64,000 nt of DNA, taken from Squalus acanthias. Its lineage: Eukaryota. Numbering within the stretch: position 1 is the first letter of the stretch; every line of letters begins with the position of its first letter. A program made the translations under genes and the position numbers. Shown one piece after another: positions 25,700 through 39,164 of this stretch. The stretch lies in contig CM059427.1 in assembly GCA_030390025.1 (NCBI GenBank), positions 57,598,001 to 57,662,000 on the forward strand, written 5' to 3'. Under the pieces are notes generated by a model. That model did no database searches. It saw only the letters and a program-made list of their open reading frames with translations, and had not been told where the DNA came from.

Positions 25700-26650
25700 A
25701 TGACAAGTCATTCAACTTCTTGTTCTGCTGCGAAATACTAGAGGAAATGTAAAGCCCCATTGCTGGCAATATTATTTGGTGATAGACTGCCAGTCTGCCA
25801 GTCTCTTTGGCAACTCTGGTCCTTGCAATCAGCTTTTGGAAATAAGTCCAGTTATTTATGGTTTCTTTCTCTCTGACTTAATATATTCTCCACATCTGTA
25901 TTCTGCAATAGGTTGATAAGCATGTTCCCGGAATATTCTCTTTTTTCCAAATTGTTTTGGTGGGCTATCTCCAAATTTTGAACAGCGGGAACGAAAGAAA
26001 CTTCATAAAGAAAACCAAATCAACATCTTGTTGCATTTGGTAAGCTGCAGAAATACTTAGTGATTGACTGCTGTTCGAGGTAGCAATTTGTCTTTTGAAT
26101 GTTTGTTTCCAAGATCATGTTGTCAACTAGGTATTTCCAATGTGACTACTCAGGATGTCTTAGCAATGCGCTCATGAGCAGTGCATATAACCACGGGCTT
26201 AATTTAGTTCTGGGGATGCCTGCTCTAACATTCTACCAAATAGAAAAGGTGTCAAGCTTCACTTGTTGTCAATGCTCAGTAAGGAGTAATGCTATCCACT
26301 ATTTTTATTAATCTCCACGTCAATTAGTTTGTTAATGAGCCTCTGATGATCAAAACGGTTAAAGATGTATTTGAAATCAAAAATGCACACTATCCTCGAG
26401 TTCAGATGGCTTTGTAAAAAAAAAAGCCTATGCGACCATATGGACAAGATTGAAGACCCATCAATTGGCTGTCTATTTAGGCATTTTTTTTCCTGTTGGA
26501 TTTCGTGTTCATTTTGAATTGTTGGACTGAGTCGACAGAAACGTAGATATTGGATCGTGTGCTTTGGACTTCTTTGCTTAATGTACAATGGCTGTTAATC
26601 TTTTTCTGTTATTTATCTGTGAAAGCAAGACATTTGCGAGGAGGGCCTGA
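25700..26650 (-). mobile_element. Ancient, heavily decayed non-LTR RT remnant (CR1/L2 superclade)
   Basis: Ordered motifs across frames: IFDFKYIFNRFDHQRLINKL, AGIP-RTKLSPWLY (cf. GVPQGTKLGPWLF), WKYLVDN (cf. WKYVDD) and CNKMLIWFS. Confidence 0.6.
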
Positions 26651-27529
26651 AAAAGCACTGGTACTTTAGGATATTCTAATGGGATCCAAGTTAGAGCTTC
26701 ATAAGAACTTATGTATTTCTTTCCGATAACTTAAGAGTGCATTCACACTACAGTTACCAGCCAAGATCTGTAGCGGTAATTCAGGTTCAAGCCAGGCCGA
26801 ACCACATTCAAATCGCCTGCCTCCTGCTTAGCTGAAATTTGCCCAGGAGAGAGCTGGATACAGACATGGGCAATACACTTTCAAAAGTTCAAGATGGAAA
26901 TGTTTAGAAAGTTGGAGAACCCCCACCCTCTAAATACTTAAATTAGGGGTAGATGAGTTTACATAGTGCTCAGGAGGTCTAACTAGCCCCTCCAAGGAGT
27001 CTCATTCTTATATCCGGAGTCAAGTCAGGTCCTGGATCCCTACTTACACTCTCAGTTTAAGATTGGTGCAAAGCTCAAATCACTTTACATCAAAATTAAA
27101 CTGGGAGTGTGAATGCCCCATTTGAGACCAGTTTAAAAATGTCTGTAATGAACACGTATTCTTTGAAACATACATATTTTTCATTTAAAGACCCAAGCTC
27201 TTCACAGTCTTTGTAAGTAGTATGAGAGCGCTTTCTAATCCTATACCAGTAGCTCTTACTCTTATAAAGCCACAGTCCCAACATGACAATATATTTATAA
27301 CAATATTACAAACATTATTAAGCTTTTTTCTTTCTTCTGCAATAAACATTTATCTTAAGAAAAGATTGTGGCTACTTTACTCATTTTTGATTAATGTGTA
27401 ATAATTGTGATTACTTAGATTTTCTGTCATAACAGGAGAATGGAAACACTAATTATAATGGCATTTTCAGTTCATTATCTGACCAGTAGATTAAACACTT
27501 GTTATCACACCTAAATTGAACATAATACA

Positions 27530-28418
27530 GACCCTAATATTCCACAGAGGTTCCACTCCCACCATAAATTCAGCAGGAGATCCGTGGAACTCCCAGGAAA
27601 ACAGCAGAGATCTGCTTATGCTGGAATAGGAATTTCCCTAATGCCTTGTAAGGGGTGGCACTTCCATCCGTTCCTTAAAACAGGCAGGGGCAAGGCCTCA
27701 TTAACCTGAGAATTCTTGCTTCTCAGACAGGACTAGGTGTGTTTGGCAGCTAGTACACGGAGCGAATGGAGGTATAGGAGTCAACTTGAAAAAGTTTAAC
27801 ATCCCCACCGACACCTGGGAATCCCTGGTCCAAGATCGCACAAAGTGGAGGAGAAGCATCTGGGAAGGCGCCGAACACCTCGAGTCTCTTCGCCGGGAGC
27901 AAGCGGAAGCCAAGCGCAAACAGCTGAAGGAGCGCACGTCAACCCAAGCACCCCACCCACCCGCCCCTTCAACCACCGTCTGCCCCACCTGTGACAGAGA
28001 CTGTAGGTCCCACATTGGACTCAGCAGTCACCTGAGAACTCATTTTTAGTGTGGAAGCAAGTCATCCTCGGTTCCGAGGGACTGTGTAAGAAGGAGTTTA
28101 CGCAAGAGCGAATGTGAGCCCCATCAGTGGGCCTGACCCCCACCCCCTGAAGGCTTACAATTAAAAAAAAATGTATTCTACCAGATCTTCTCTATATGCG
28201 AGGGCCGAGGAGAATGCAGCCTAAGTTGAGGGGGGGGGGGGGGGGGTTTGGCCAACGCTTCTTCCCAAGGGCACACCAAAGTCGGAGTTTCCTTCGGTTA
28301 GGGCAGGTGGGTACCAGAGATGCTAATGAGGTGCCCTCCCACTAACCCCAGCAGGGTCAATGCTGGTGGACATTGTCAGGTATGATCCCATCATCACCAC
28401 CTGAGGAATTTCAGGGCC
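27530..28418. mobile_element. Probable Harbinger-like MITE containing an RTE insertion
   Basis: Imperfect inverted termini GACCCTAATATTCC and GGAATTTCAGGGCC. The left end resembles the small element at ~21638-21795. Confidence 0.45.
27783..28094 (+). mobile_element. RTE-clade LINE 3' end
   Basis: LKKFNIPTDTWESLVQDRTKWRRSI...CPTCDRDCRSHIGLSSHLRTH: the W...DR..WR motif plus terminal C2H2 finger typical of RTE elements. Confidence 0.85.
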
Positions 28419-28794
28419 ATTTTCCATAGGAGAGACATCACACAACAGAAACTACTTTTTCATGAACAACCAGCAGTTGAAAAAAAAATCATTTGAATCT
28501 GGTACTCAGCTGCAGTCTGTAAACGCTGCATAATAAATTAAAGCGGTTACAATATTTCAGTCAAAGCTAAACTCTACCGAGGCACCGATTTTGGTATCAC
28601 AGCAAATCGATCAACTTCTGATGCTTAGGTAACGCAGAAACGAATGTTCCTGATGCCCAGCATGCAACCAGAACATATAAGTTGGTCTCTTGTGAACATC
28701 TGTTGCACGGTTTAACTGGAAAACTGACTTCCACAGAGGGTGCAAATCCCAGGCAATAAGAAATGGACATTTGTCTTCTTACCCCAATAGCTAC

Positions 28795-29010
28795 ATAGTG
28801 GGCCCTCAGGGAAGCATGCTTGACCCTATTCTATTTTTGTCTTCATTAGTAACCCTGTAATATCCATCAAAAGTGACATTATTCTCTTTGTTGAGGACAC
28901 CGCCCCAAATAGAGTGGTTAACTTCACATCTGGAAAACAAGCAACTGAATCACTGCAAAACAGATATAAACACAACTGGATAGTGGGCAGACAAATAGTT
29001 TTTCCATTAT
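28795..29010 (+). mobile_element. Old LINE RT remnant
   Basis: GPQGSMLDPILF...IILFVEDT (cf. PQGSVLGPILF...LFADDT). Confidence 0.55.
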
Positions 29011-31672
29011 AAGATAGCAAGATAAATCAATAATTCTGTTGAGAAAGATTGACCAGATGATGCCCACCCACTTCAAGGATTCCAAACTCCCTTCAGTTAC
29101 AAAACTCAGTTCTCAGTTTGCTAACTGAATCTGATCCATGCTTGGACAAAACAAGTGGCAAAGATTGGTGGAAAATAGACAGAAACCACAAAAAATCCCC
29201 AAATCCCTATTTGTCACAGATAACAGCTTCAATATTTGACAAAGCCTGCATCTTCCCGATCACGCTTCAGGAAGAACAGTTCAAAGCCATGTGGACCACT
29301 AGCGTTCATAAGAAAGGTCAACGGTTTGCTAGAATCCATCCTTTTCAATAGCAGTTCTGTGTCAGTTAGCCCACTCCACACCTTCAGTGGAAGTGGGTGC
29401 ATGAAGCCCACATATACGGTTCCACGAAAATTGCTTCTAATCAGTACTTGAGTGCTAAACCTGCAGGTGTCTGTTTTAGCACCTCCAGGCAAGTTCAAAT
29501 TATGATCAGCAATTAGGCCCAAAACTGCGTGCTAAAACCAGACTTTCAAACAGGCGTGTCTTATTAGCAGAGCACCCCTTTTCACCAAAATAACCCCCCC
29601 AAATCTCAACCTTGGAATTTTCCTACGGCTGTGAAGCAGGAGATTCACATCCAGCTGGTGTGAGCAGCCAATGAGAATATCCTGACAGTTTCTGAAGAAA
29701 AGGACAACTCGCACATCGGGTGTATGATTTAATGCCACCCGCACATGAAATAAATACTAGCAGCCCTCATTGTAAACCCTGGGAGATCACATTCAGTGTG
29801 GGACATCCTGTGGTGAACTAAATGCCATCTGAGCAGAGCCTGTAATACAAATGGGGTATTAATGTCTCAGCCTGATAAAAGTTACACCACAAAAGGTTGA
29901 CCTCTTGCTTTTTATTCTGCTAAAACTGCTGCACCATCAGACTACTTCACCATTCAATGCCTCCTCCCTCTCACTATTAGAAGTTTCTCCACCCCCCCCC
30001 CCATTTTTGAGTGACAGCCAACAGCAGTTATCCCACCAGTAACAGCACCCCCAAATATAAAAGGGTCATCCTTAAGTCTGCTGTAACCTGAATAATTTTG
30101 CAATACTGAGAAGGGAAATCCTTCAGCACAGGAGTCGGAACGTCAGCCTACAGTCCTGCGGAGGTTGGGGAGGGGGGGGAATAAAGAAAGAGAATGTAAG
30201 TGAGAAAGAAAGGAGCGGGTAGGAGGACAACAAATGGACAAGTCTGATGTGCAGCTAGGAAGACTGGTGCAATCATTGATTGACAGGGCTTTCACTTAAA
30301 AGTTGTACTCATGGTCCAGAGTTTCCCCATAATATACTGGCCTATTAACTAGGCCAGGTACAGCATAGCCAAATGCAGAGTAAAATTCTGCCCACTCTGT
30401 CAACAATTGCCTTAATCCCAACTTCAACTGCTGCACTGCTGTATCCTTTTTCTATTTTCCACACCAATCATCCTTGTGGGCTTTGAGTAAAATAGTACTG
30501 ACAAGTTGTGACAAATTGTGGACAGATTTGCATTATGCTCCCATGCCAACTAGAAATCAGGTTAGAATTTCTCAAGCTCATGCCATGCAAAACATACAAG
30601 AGTCAGCAGAGGCATTCATCAAATCAATCCATCGTAGATTCTAGTCCAAGTTCCAAAAGTGAAAGTACAGATGCTGAACCCACTGCAATATGAAGTATCT
30701 CACCTTCATACTGCAACAGGTTAACAACCACCCTTTCAATTCTGGAACCTGCTTGGTAGTGCAGATGGGAGGTACTATAGCACAATGTCTCTTGTGGGTC
30801 CATACATCAGCACGCAATAGCATTAGGGACATTGAGAAAAATAACACACAAGCATATAACTCACAGTAACTTTCAAGAACTCATTTGTCATACAAGTTCA
30901 ACCAATACTCATTTTTTGTCTGAATGGATGGAAACTCTAATTCAAACTCGTCTCTTGTAGATTTCAATCAGCCCATAATCTCACTGCCAATATAAAGCAG
31001 GTTTCAAGATGAGCAAAACTACCATATTCAACCAAGATATGTTTTGGGCATAATAATTAGCAGAGTACCAGCAGGAAAGGCTTTATTTTTACTGCCTTTA
31101 AATCTAGTTTAAAAATGGTAACTCAATTTCACGGTCAAATATCCTGCCCAACTTTCCAACCACATCAGGAAAGTTCCACAGTACCCTACATTAAGTGCTG
31201 TGTGTGATTGACACTGGCTATAAAACTGTGTGGTCAACATTTATGCTGAAGCAAACAGACATTAGGCACATAGCCTACTCTGCTTAAGTGGATGGCTGAT
31301 TACCTGCAAGTAGGCTGTTACTGAAAGTGTATTTTTTTTTTAAGAGCCAAATTCCCCATTCACTTCAATGGAAACCTTTTGAAGGTAATTTTCTCTTAAA
31401 GAACGAAACTCCAACTATTGAGCCACTGAGCATTTATTTATAAATGTATCCGATATGAATTCTTCCAAAATGTCTACATATCAAAATTTAAAGGCTCCTG
31501 TCTGTAGAAACCTGCTAGCCTTCCATTTACTAAATACTAAAAGCTTGCTACTAGGGTATTCCATCAGCTTTTAGTGGAAAGTATTTCTACCCCACCCCCC
31601 CACACAGTCTTCATAATGTTTATTAAATACAAGCAGAACTCCCAGTGTTGCTCAAGGTGAGTCAGATAATAT

Positions 31673-31831
31673 AAAAGCAAGATGCTGGAAATCTGAAATA
31701 AAAACAAAGTGCTGGAAATACTCAGCGGGCCAGCCAGCATCTGTGGAGAGAGAAACAGAGTTAACGTTTCAGATGGATGACCTTTCGTCAGATGCTGCCT
31801 GACCTGCTGAGCTTTTCCAGCACTTGCTGTT
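31673..31831. mobile_element. 159-bp Penelope-derived foldback retroelement with a 15-bp TSD
   Basis: Direct repeat TGAGTCAGATAATAT at 31658-31672 and 31832-31846, with ~40-bp imperfect inverted arms. Homologous to 20835/22303, 52105-52240 and 55680-55862. Confidence 0.85.
31759..31791 (-). ncRNA. Minimal hammerhead ribozyme-like motif (probably damaged)
   Basis: CUGACGA-a-AGGU-caucc-AUCU-GAAA-CG-UU-AACU. Core boxes and stem II are present, and stem III is palindromic ACGU. The 5' strand of stem I is lost in this copy. Confidence 0.6.
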
Positions 31832-34119
31832 TGAGTCAGATAATATGCTGCTTTATACCAAGAAGGTCGACATGAACTTTACTCGAATAAAGCTTTTGAA
31901 ACCTGTCCTCTAGATTTTCTTCAAATTATCAAATTCAAACTTTTAATAGAGGCCGAGGCCTTTAAGTAAAAACATTAATGAAGGTAATCAAAAGATAGCT
32001 TTATAAAGTTTAAATTGCGTTACTGTGAAATATTTAACTTCTGTATGCCTTATGTTAAGAAACCTAATTTTGAACATTAGAAATTCCAGTAACAATGACG
32101 AGACCATTTCTTTTTCTCTTCAATAAAATGGGATGGCAAACGCGTGATGTACAGGAAGTTAAGTGCTATATGCAAGACTTTTAATAAATTATAGGTTGAT
32201 AATGAAAATTGGTACAGACTAATTAACCAAAGGGAGGAAAGCGAAAGCTTGCAACTGGTCCAAAGCTACTAACACAAGTTATCCCAGACCGCAAATACAT
32301 CCCTTAAAAAGTCTCAACTGCAGGAAGTTCACTTCACTATTGGAATAACAGAGCTCTTTGGAGGAGCTAATAACTTAGATTTATATATAGGCTTTTCTGC
32401 AGGATTGTGTATGTGCATGCAAGGTCAATTTTGATCCTTGTATTTACTAGACTATTTAAAAACCTAGAATTCCCTTCCCTTTTAATATCTTTTGAAGTCC
32501 TTACCCACCTTTACAGCACTGTAACACATCAACTACCACAGCATAGTCAATATATTTTGACTATCACACTCTAAATTCTTCAAGTGTTCTAAAACACATT
32601 GCTAAATAATTTTAATAGTTTATATTTATTCTTCATAAAACCACTGCTGATTGCAAGTTTTGGGACTTTTTTGAAAGTTTCTCTTCCACAGAAAATGAGT
32701 TACGCTTAAATGTTTTAAAATTAAGTGAGTTTTCACTGGTTTAAAATCCTCCTGGCAGTTGCTGAGACAAAGGAAGTAGTGATGCATTAATGAGTCAACT
32801 ATCCTTACTGTTATCCACAATGACCAAGGGTAACAGGACATCTGTCATCTTGCTTCAGACTTCCAATCAGCCATCAACTCAATACAGTATTTTTGGGCAG
32901 CCAGCAGGGGATTGTCTGCTGAAAATACACTCTTGGGAAGGAGGAGGCCAGTTCAGTCGACAGGCCGAATGGCAAATACCTGAATGGGGAAGAAGTCAGG
33001 GGGACAGTCCTCCCACCTCCTGGGAACACATGGAGAAAAAGGATAAAGAGACACATGTAAAGTCTGAGTCCCCAGTTAGGTCAGACAAGGGAGCTCAGCC
33101 TAGCAACTTACCATCTTAAGCTCAGGGTCAGTCAGAACCAGAAAACTCACCAGGGAAAGCTAAGTTAGCCCACTAACGTGGGATACTGTAGTGTAGTTTA
33201 TTATTTTTTTAATTTCACAAGGAGGGGTTTGAAGTGAAATGAATTTTGATTGAAACTGTCCCTCTGTACATTCGCTTGCTTTCTGTAAAATAAATCAGCT
33301 TAAGGGTTCGTTTCTGGCCTAGTCTCACTAAAGTGTTTTCAATCCACCTATTGAAAGGTTGAAGTGCATGTGATGGCACGTGGGAAGGACAATATCCAAT
33401 TTATTTCACAGGGGGGGGTACTACTGATACAACTGTATGATTAGATATTGGACAGTGCAGCAAACTCCTGAATGTAAGAAGCAGATAGCACTTACGGGAA
33501 GAACCAACACTGAGAATAACTAAATAAATTCATAACACTGTTATTGTGGTAACTTACTGATGCACTTCACAGCGGCTCACTGTGAAAAGCAGTACAAGAG
33601 CCTGGATTCATCAGGTGATGCATAAGAAATAAAAAGCATCTTGTACAACCCAAGACCCAAACTCCAGGCAAGCAAAAGGGGAGTAAATATTAACTTTGCT
33701 TTGCTCGACCGTCTCCACTGAAGTTGCAAGCTGCAGTTCACAGATAGCTCCCTGTACACCACAAAGTACCACCACCCTGCATTGCTATCAGTGTTTGACG
33801 TCACAATTACGTGCTTTTGTCTGAGCACATCATCCAGTACAAATCCTAGCCTATAAAAATATACTCATTTTACTGATCTGGATACCATAAAACAAATGCA
33901 TGAGCAATTAAACCTGCACATCATGTTCTTCTTGATATTGCAACACAGTAATAACACTGAAAGACATCTAAACTCTTTCATCTGTGCACGCTTTTTCTGC
34001 AAACCACGTCTTCCACACAAGTTCCTTTTGCCAGGCGTATGCTCCAGTTTGAGTAGACTTTCCCAGCATAATTAAAAGCCCAGCCCATCTCATTTTTGCA
34101 CTGTGTGGTGATCAGTAGT

Positions 34120-34420
34120 GAGGATTCTCACTTCCCGTGACACAGCACAAAAACAACCCTAACCAAAGTGACAAATGCCATCCTCTGTGATTGCGACCCT
34201 GCATTATCCCTCCTCGTCCTCTGCAACCTTTGACATGGTTGACCATACTATTCTCCTTCAGCGGTTTTCCTTCATTATCCAGTTCAGCGAGAGTGACTTT
34301 GCTTGGTTCATTCTTACCTATCTGATCGTAGCCAGAGCATCTCCAACAATAGCTTCTCTTCCTTCCCCTGCAACGTTACCTCCAGGGTGCCCCAAGGATC
34401 TATCTTTGGCCCCCTTCTCT
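34120..34420 (+). mobile_element. L2 RT fragment
   Basis: Encodes SATFDMVDHTILLQR...GVPQGSIFGP across frames. Confidence 0.75.
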
Positions 34421-36420
34421 AGCAGCAGCTGGGATTGGCAGCATTCATTTCAGATAGAAAACCAGCAAATGCTGACCAACAGTTTCCTAAAAGGCTGTTA
34501 CAGCCCCGAACGCTGGCCTATGACATGCAATTACAAAAAAAGCAGTGGGGCAAAGGGTTATCATAACTCATGCTGCAAGTGTATCCAACATTCTACCACT
34601 TGTATAGTGGAAGATTATTGCTAAAATTGTGGAAATTTTCCCTCTTTTCTTCCAGGGTTTCGTAGATATGTACTGGCAATCCCCACTAATAAACCTAATC
34701 ATTTGTTGATATACTTGTTACAGAATCACAGAAGTACTCTTCTCACATTCACAGAGGCATTCTTCTTCCATCTCTTCCTTCAGTTCATGTCAGCAATTTA
34801 CTCACCCACCCCAACCCCACATCAGTTCATACTATCAGTCTTCTCACTTTTCACCCCACAATTTGCACTGGCACTCTTCTTCCCTTCGCTCTCTTCTCCC
34901 TCAGTTCAAGATGACACCTATCTCTCTCTCACCTCAGTTGACGCATCTCACTAACTCCCCACTTGTGACTCAAGTTTGAACTTGCTAATCTTAACCATCA
35001 GTTCACTGTGGCTCTCTTCTCCTCCCTCAGTTTATGGTAAGCACTTTTCACCCCCTTGTTCCCTACAAACATGCTAGCACACTTAATCCAACCCTTTACT
35101 CAATGCTGGCAGCTTTCCGTTCACCCCATGCTTGTGTCGTTCAACCCATCCTCCCAACATTTCCCACTGGCACGCGCCACCAAGCATCCTTCTCAGTGGC
35201 ACTCCCTGGCTCCTACCTCCTGCTGTTCCGATAGATGAAATATTGATGTGGGCAGGATTCTCGTGATTATACTACAACCTTGTACATCTACCCCATCAGC
35301 TCAGTTGGCAGCACTCGGTCCTCTCAATCAGAAGGTTGTGGGTTTAAGCCCCACTCCAAGCCTTCAGTACATAACCTAGGCTCACATTTCAGTGCAGCAC
35401 TGTATCGAGCTTGCACTGCAGGGAAACAACCTTCCCCAAACAGCACAGAATTACTTCAAAGGCAACTGTGAATTTAATTAATAGAAACAAAAAAGAAATC
35501 ATAACTAAGATATAGTAGCATTTTTCACTACATCCGAAAACACAGCACCATTGAAATGTTTCAGTTTATTTCCCGAATACTAATACGGTAATCATTTGTC
35601 ATAATGTTCCCTTTGGGAGCCATAAGAAAGCACTGTTATAGTGAAGGGCAAGTTGCAATGAAGTGCTGGGAACTCCAGCTTACTAATAATTATTTAGCAA
35701 AATTACTAATTTACCTTATGATTCTTGGGGAACATTACCTAACGCTAATGATTCAGAAGCTTTTAGGGAGCCATAAATAACATGCTTTATTTTGGAGGTG
35801 GCGGTTAACCTACTGCATAGTAACTGTAATGAGGAAATGGTCTGTACAGTAGGTCCTTTACTTTCACTTTCCTTTCCATTAGCCAGCATTACAAGTAGCA
35901 AAACTTTGTACTAGAATATTCGGTATATTGAAAACTAAAGGAATTTTACTATTTGGAGTTCAGACGTGTCAAGACTCAATTCATTTTAGTTTAAAAAATG
36001 TAACTTATTTTCATGCATCTCGCTCTGAAAAGTTAATCCAATTCCACATGTTTAAATAGGTTTGCAATTCCTCTCACTTGTTTTGAAATTCATAATTCTT
36101 ACCACTCACAATTCTCCAATGTCAATAGCTGGGCATTCAAATTTTTCAATACTGGGGATGCTTCAGTTTTATGAACCAGATAAGGAAAAAACAGAATTTA
36201 TACTATGAAGAAATCAATCGCTGGTGCCTTACACAGCTTAAACTGCACTTTATAAAATCCAGTTAATTCCTTATTTGTAATATACTACAAGTCTTGCGTA
36301 CAGAGTGCACTTCCTGAAACACGTTCCTGTCGTCCTGCCTGTCGTGCTTAAACTTATCTATTTTACCTCTGATTAAATTGTCCTGCTCGCTCTCCAAGAT
36401 AAGCAGTGCTATTCTTCTTT

Positions 36421-36860
36421 TCATAGAATCATAGAATGATACAGCACAGAAGGAGGCCATCCGGCTCTTTGGAAGAGCTATCCAATTAATCCCACGCCTC
36501 TGCTCTTTTCCCATAGCCCTGTAAATTTTTTCCCCATCACGTATTTATCCAGTTCTCTTTTGAATGTTACTATTGAATCTGCTTCCATCACCCTTTCAGG
36601 CAGCGCATTCCAGATCACAACAACTTGCTGTGTAAAAAAATGTTTCTCTGGTTCTTTTGCCAATCACCTTAAATCTGTGTCCTCTGTTTACCGACCCTTC
36701 TGGCACTGGAAACCGTTTCTCCTTATTTACTCTATCAAAACTGTTCATGATTTTGAACATCGCAATAAATTTCCTCTTAACCTTCTCTGCTCTAAGGAGA
36801 ACAACCCCAGCTTCTCCAGTCTCTCTACATAACTGAAGTCCCTCATCCCTGGTACCATTT
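36421..36860 (-). mobile_element. CR1 3' fragment
   Basis: Encodes SYVERLEKLGLFSLEQRRLRG...FFTQQVVVIWNALP, with a (TTCTATGA)n tail at 36421-36436. Confidence 0.9.
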
Positions 36861-37387
36861 TTATTACACTTGCCTCTGAATGAATCTTTCCAACTCCATC
36901 TCCAAGATAGAAAGCGCTGTTCTTGAGTGCCACCCACCTGAGGCTTGTGAAAGTCAGGCGTCCCCCCTGGCGCCTCTCCTCACTCCACATTGTCGTCTCT
37001 AGCAATGAGACATTCCCACCGACCCAACAGCCGGTGGTTTCACTTTTCTCCCTGCTGCCAGATCCAAGGATACCACTAGTATTATTCTCAACCCAGATCC
37101 CCTCAGTAATTGCATATCCCAAGACTATATCCAATGCTCCCATACCCCAGAAACTCCAAAATCTAAGACCTCCCTTTTCCAAAACTGCAGACTACGAGAC
37201 AACCCCAGTACTCAAAAACACCAGGACCGCCCCCCAACCCGCTCCAGTATTCCCATATGGCAAGAACCCATGCCCAATTATCCTATAACCTCCTCCCATC
37301 AGTGACGCCACCATCCCCACTTCTACCAAACAGCATCAACCCACGTAACCCTCCCAGTCTTTACAAACCAGATCTCTCCCCATCTAC

Positions 37388-38933
37388 AGACCCAAAGGCT
37401 ATGGGCCCTGACAACATCCCGGCTATCGTGCTGAAGAATTGTGCTCCAGAACTAGCCGTGTCTCTAGCCAAGCTGTTCCAGTACAGCTACAACACTAGCA
37501 TCTATCCGACAATGTGGAATACTGCCCAGGTATGTCCTGTCCACAAAAAGCAGGACAAATCCAATCCAGCCAATTACCGCCCCATCAGTCTACTCTCAAT
37601 CATCAGCAAAGTGATGGAAGGAGTCATCGACAGTGCTATCAAGCAGCACTTACTCACCAATAACCTGCTCACTGATGCCCAGTTTGGGTTCCGCCAAGAC
37701 CACTCAGCTCCCGACCTCATTACAGTCTTGATCCAAACATGGACAAAGCAGCTGAATTCCAGAGATGAGGTGATAGTAACTGCCCTTGACATCAAGGCAG
37801 CATTTGACCGAGTCTGGCATCAAGGAGCCCAAGTAAAACTGAAGTCAATGGGAATCAGGGGGAAAACGCTCCACTGGCTGGAGTCATACCTAACACAAAG
37901 GAAGATGGTTGTGGTGGTTGAAGGTCAATCATCACAGCCCCAGGACATCGCTGCAGGAGTTCCTCAGGGCAGTGTCCTAGGCCCAACCATCTCCAGCTGC
38001 TTCATCAATGACCTTCCCTCCAACATAAAGTCAGAAATGGGGATGTTCGCTGATGACTGCACAGTGTTCAGCGCCATTCACAACTCCACAGATAATGAAG
38101 CAGTCCATGCCCGCATGCAACAAGACCTGGACGACGTTCAGGCTTGGGCTGATAAGTGGCAGGTAACATTCGCGCCACACAAGTGCCAGGCAATGACTAT
38201 TTCCAACAAGTGAGAGTCTAAACACCTCCCCTTGACATTCAATGGCATTACCATCGCCGAGTCCCCCACTATCAACATCCTGGGGGTCACCATTAATCAG
38301 AAACTTAACTGGACCAGCCACATAAATACTGTGGCAACAAGAGCAGGTCAGAGGCTAGGTATTCTGCGGCGAGTGTCTCACCTCCAGATTCCCCAAAGCC
38401 TTTCCACCATCTACAAGGCACAAGTAAGGAGTGTGATGGAATACTCTCCACTTGCCTGCATGAGTGCAGCTCCAACACAAGAAGCTCGACACCATCCAGG
38501 ACAAAGCAGCCCGCTTGATTGGCACCCCATCCACCACCTTAAACATTCACTCCCTCTACCACCAGCGTACCGTGGCTGCAGTGTGTACCATCTACAAGAT
38601 GCACTGCAGCAACTCGCCAAGGCTTCTTCGGCAGCACCTCCCAAACCCGTGACCTCTTCCACCTAGAAGGACAAGGGCAGCAGGCGCATGGGAACACCAC
38701 CACCTCCAAGTTCCCCTCCAAGTCACACACCATCCTGACTTAGAAGTATATCGCCGATCTTTCATCATCGCTGGCTCAAAATCCTGGAAATCCCTCCCTA
38801 ACAGCACTGTGGGAGTACCTTCACCACACGGACTGCAGCGGTTCAAGGCGGCGGCTCACCTCCACCTTCTCAAGGGCAACAAATGCTGGCATTGCCAGCG
38901 ACGCCCAGGTCCCATAAACAAATTTAAAAAAAA
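37388..38933 (+). mobile_element. 5'-truncated LINE (CR1/Jockey superfamily, distinct from the HER1-like CR1) with a nearly intact RT domain
   Basis: KAMGPDNIP...NYRPISLLSIISKVME...QFGFR...LDIKAAFDRVWH...GVPQGSVLGP...MFADD. Premature TGA at 38211-38213, later frameshifts, A-rich tail. Confidence 0.93.
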
Positions 38934-39164
38934 CTCCAAATGGCAGCATTCGTCACAAACCTTTCAAGGTCCAGCACTCCTACCCATATTGTAACAAGCC
39001 TACAATCACCCCCAATGTTACCCAAGCTTTGGATCCCTATCCCTGGATTGTTAAACCCCACTCCACAGTGCTTCCACATACCCATTACCTATCTGCAACC
39101 CAATAATCTCCCTACCACTTTCTCACCCGCCCCCAAACCGCCCCTTCCCCGCCGAGATTGAATG

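Noticed and set aside
35290-35420. tRNA genes suggested by A/B-box-like motifs (also at 17891, 39635, 43850, 50005)
   Set aside because: No complete cloverleaf, and the better-preserved ones continue into SINE body sequence. They are tRNA-derived SINE heads.
37257-38213. 318-aa RT ORF as an active or prokaryote-type (retron/DGR) reverse transcriptase
   Set aside because: It is a 5'-truncated LINE lacking the endonuclease, with a premature stop, downstream frameshifts and several sister fragments.
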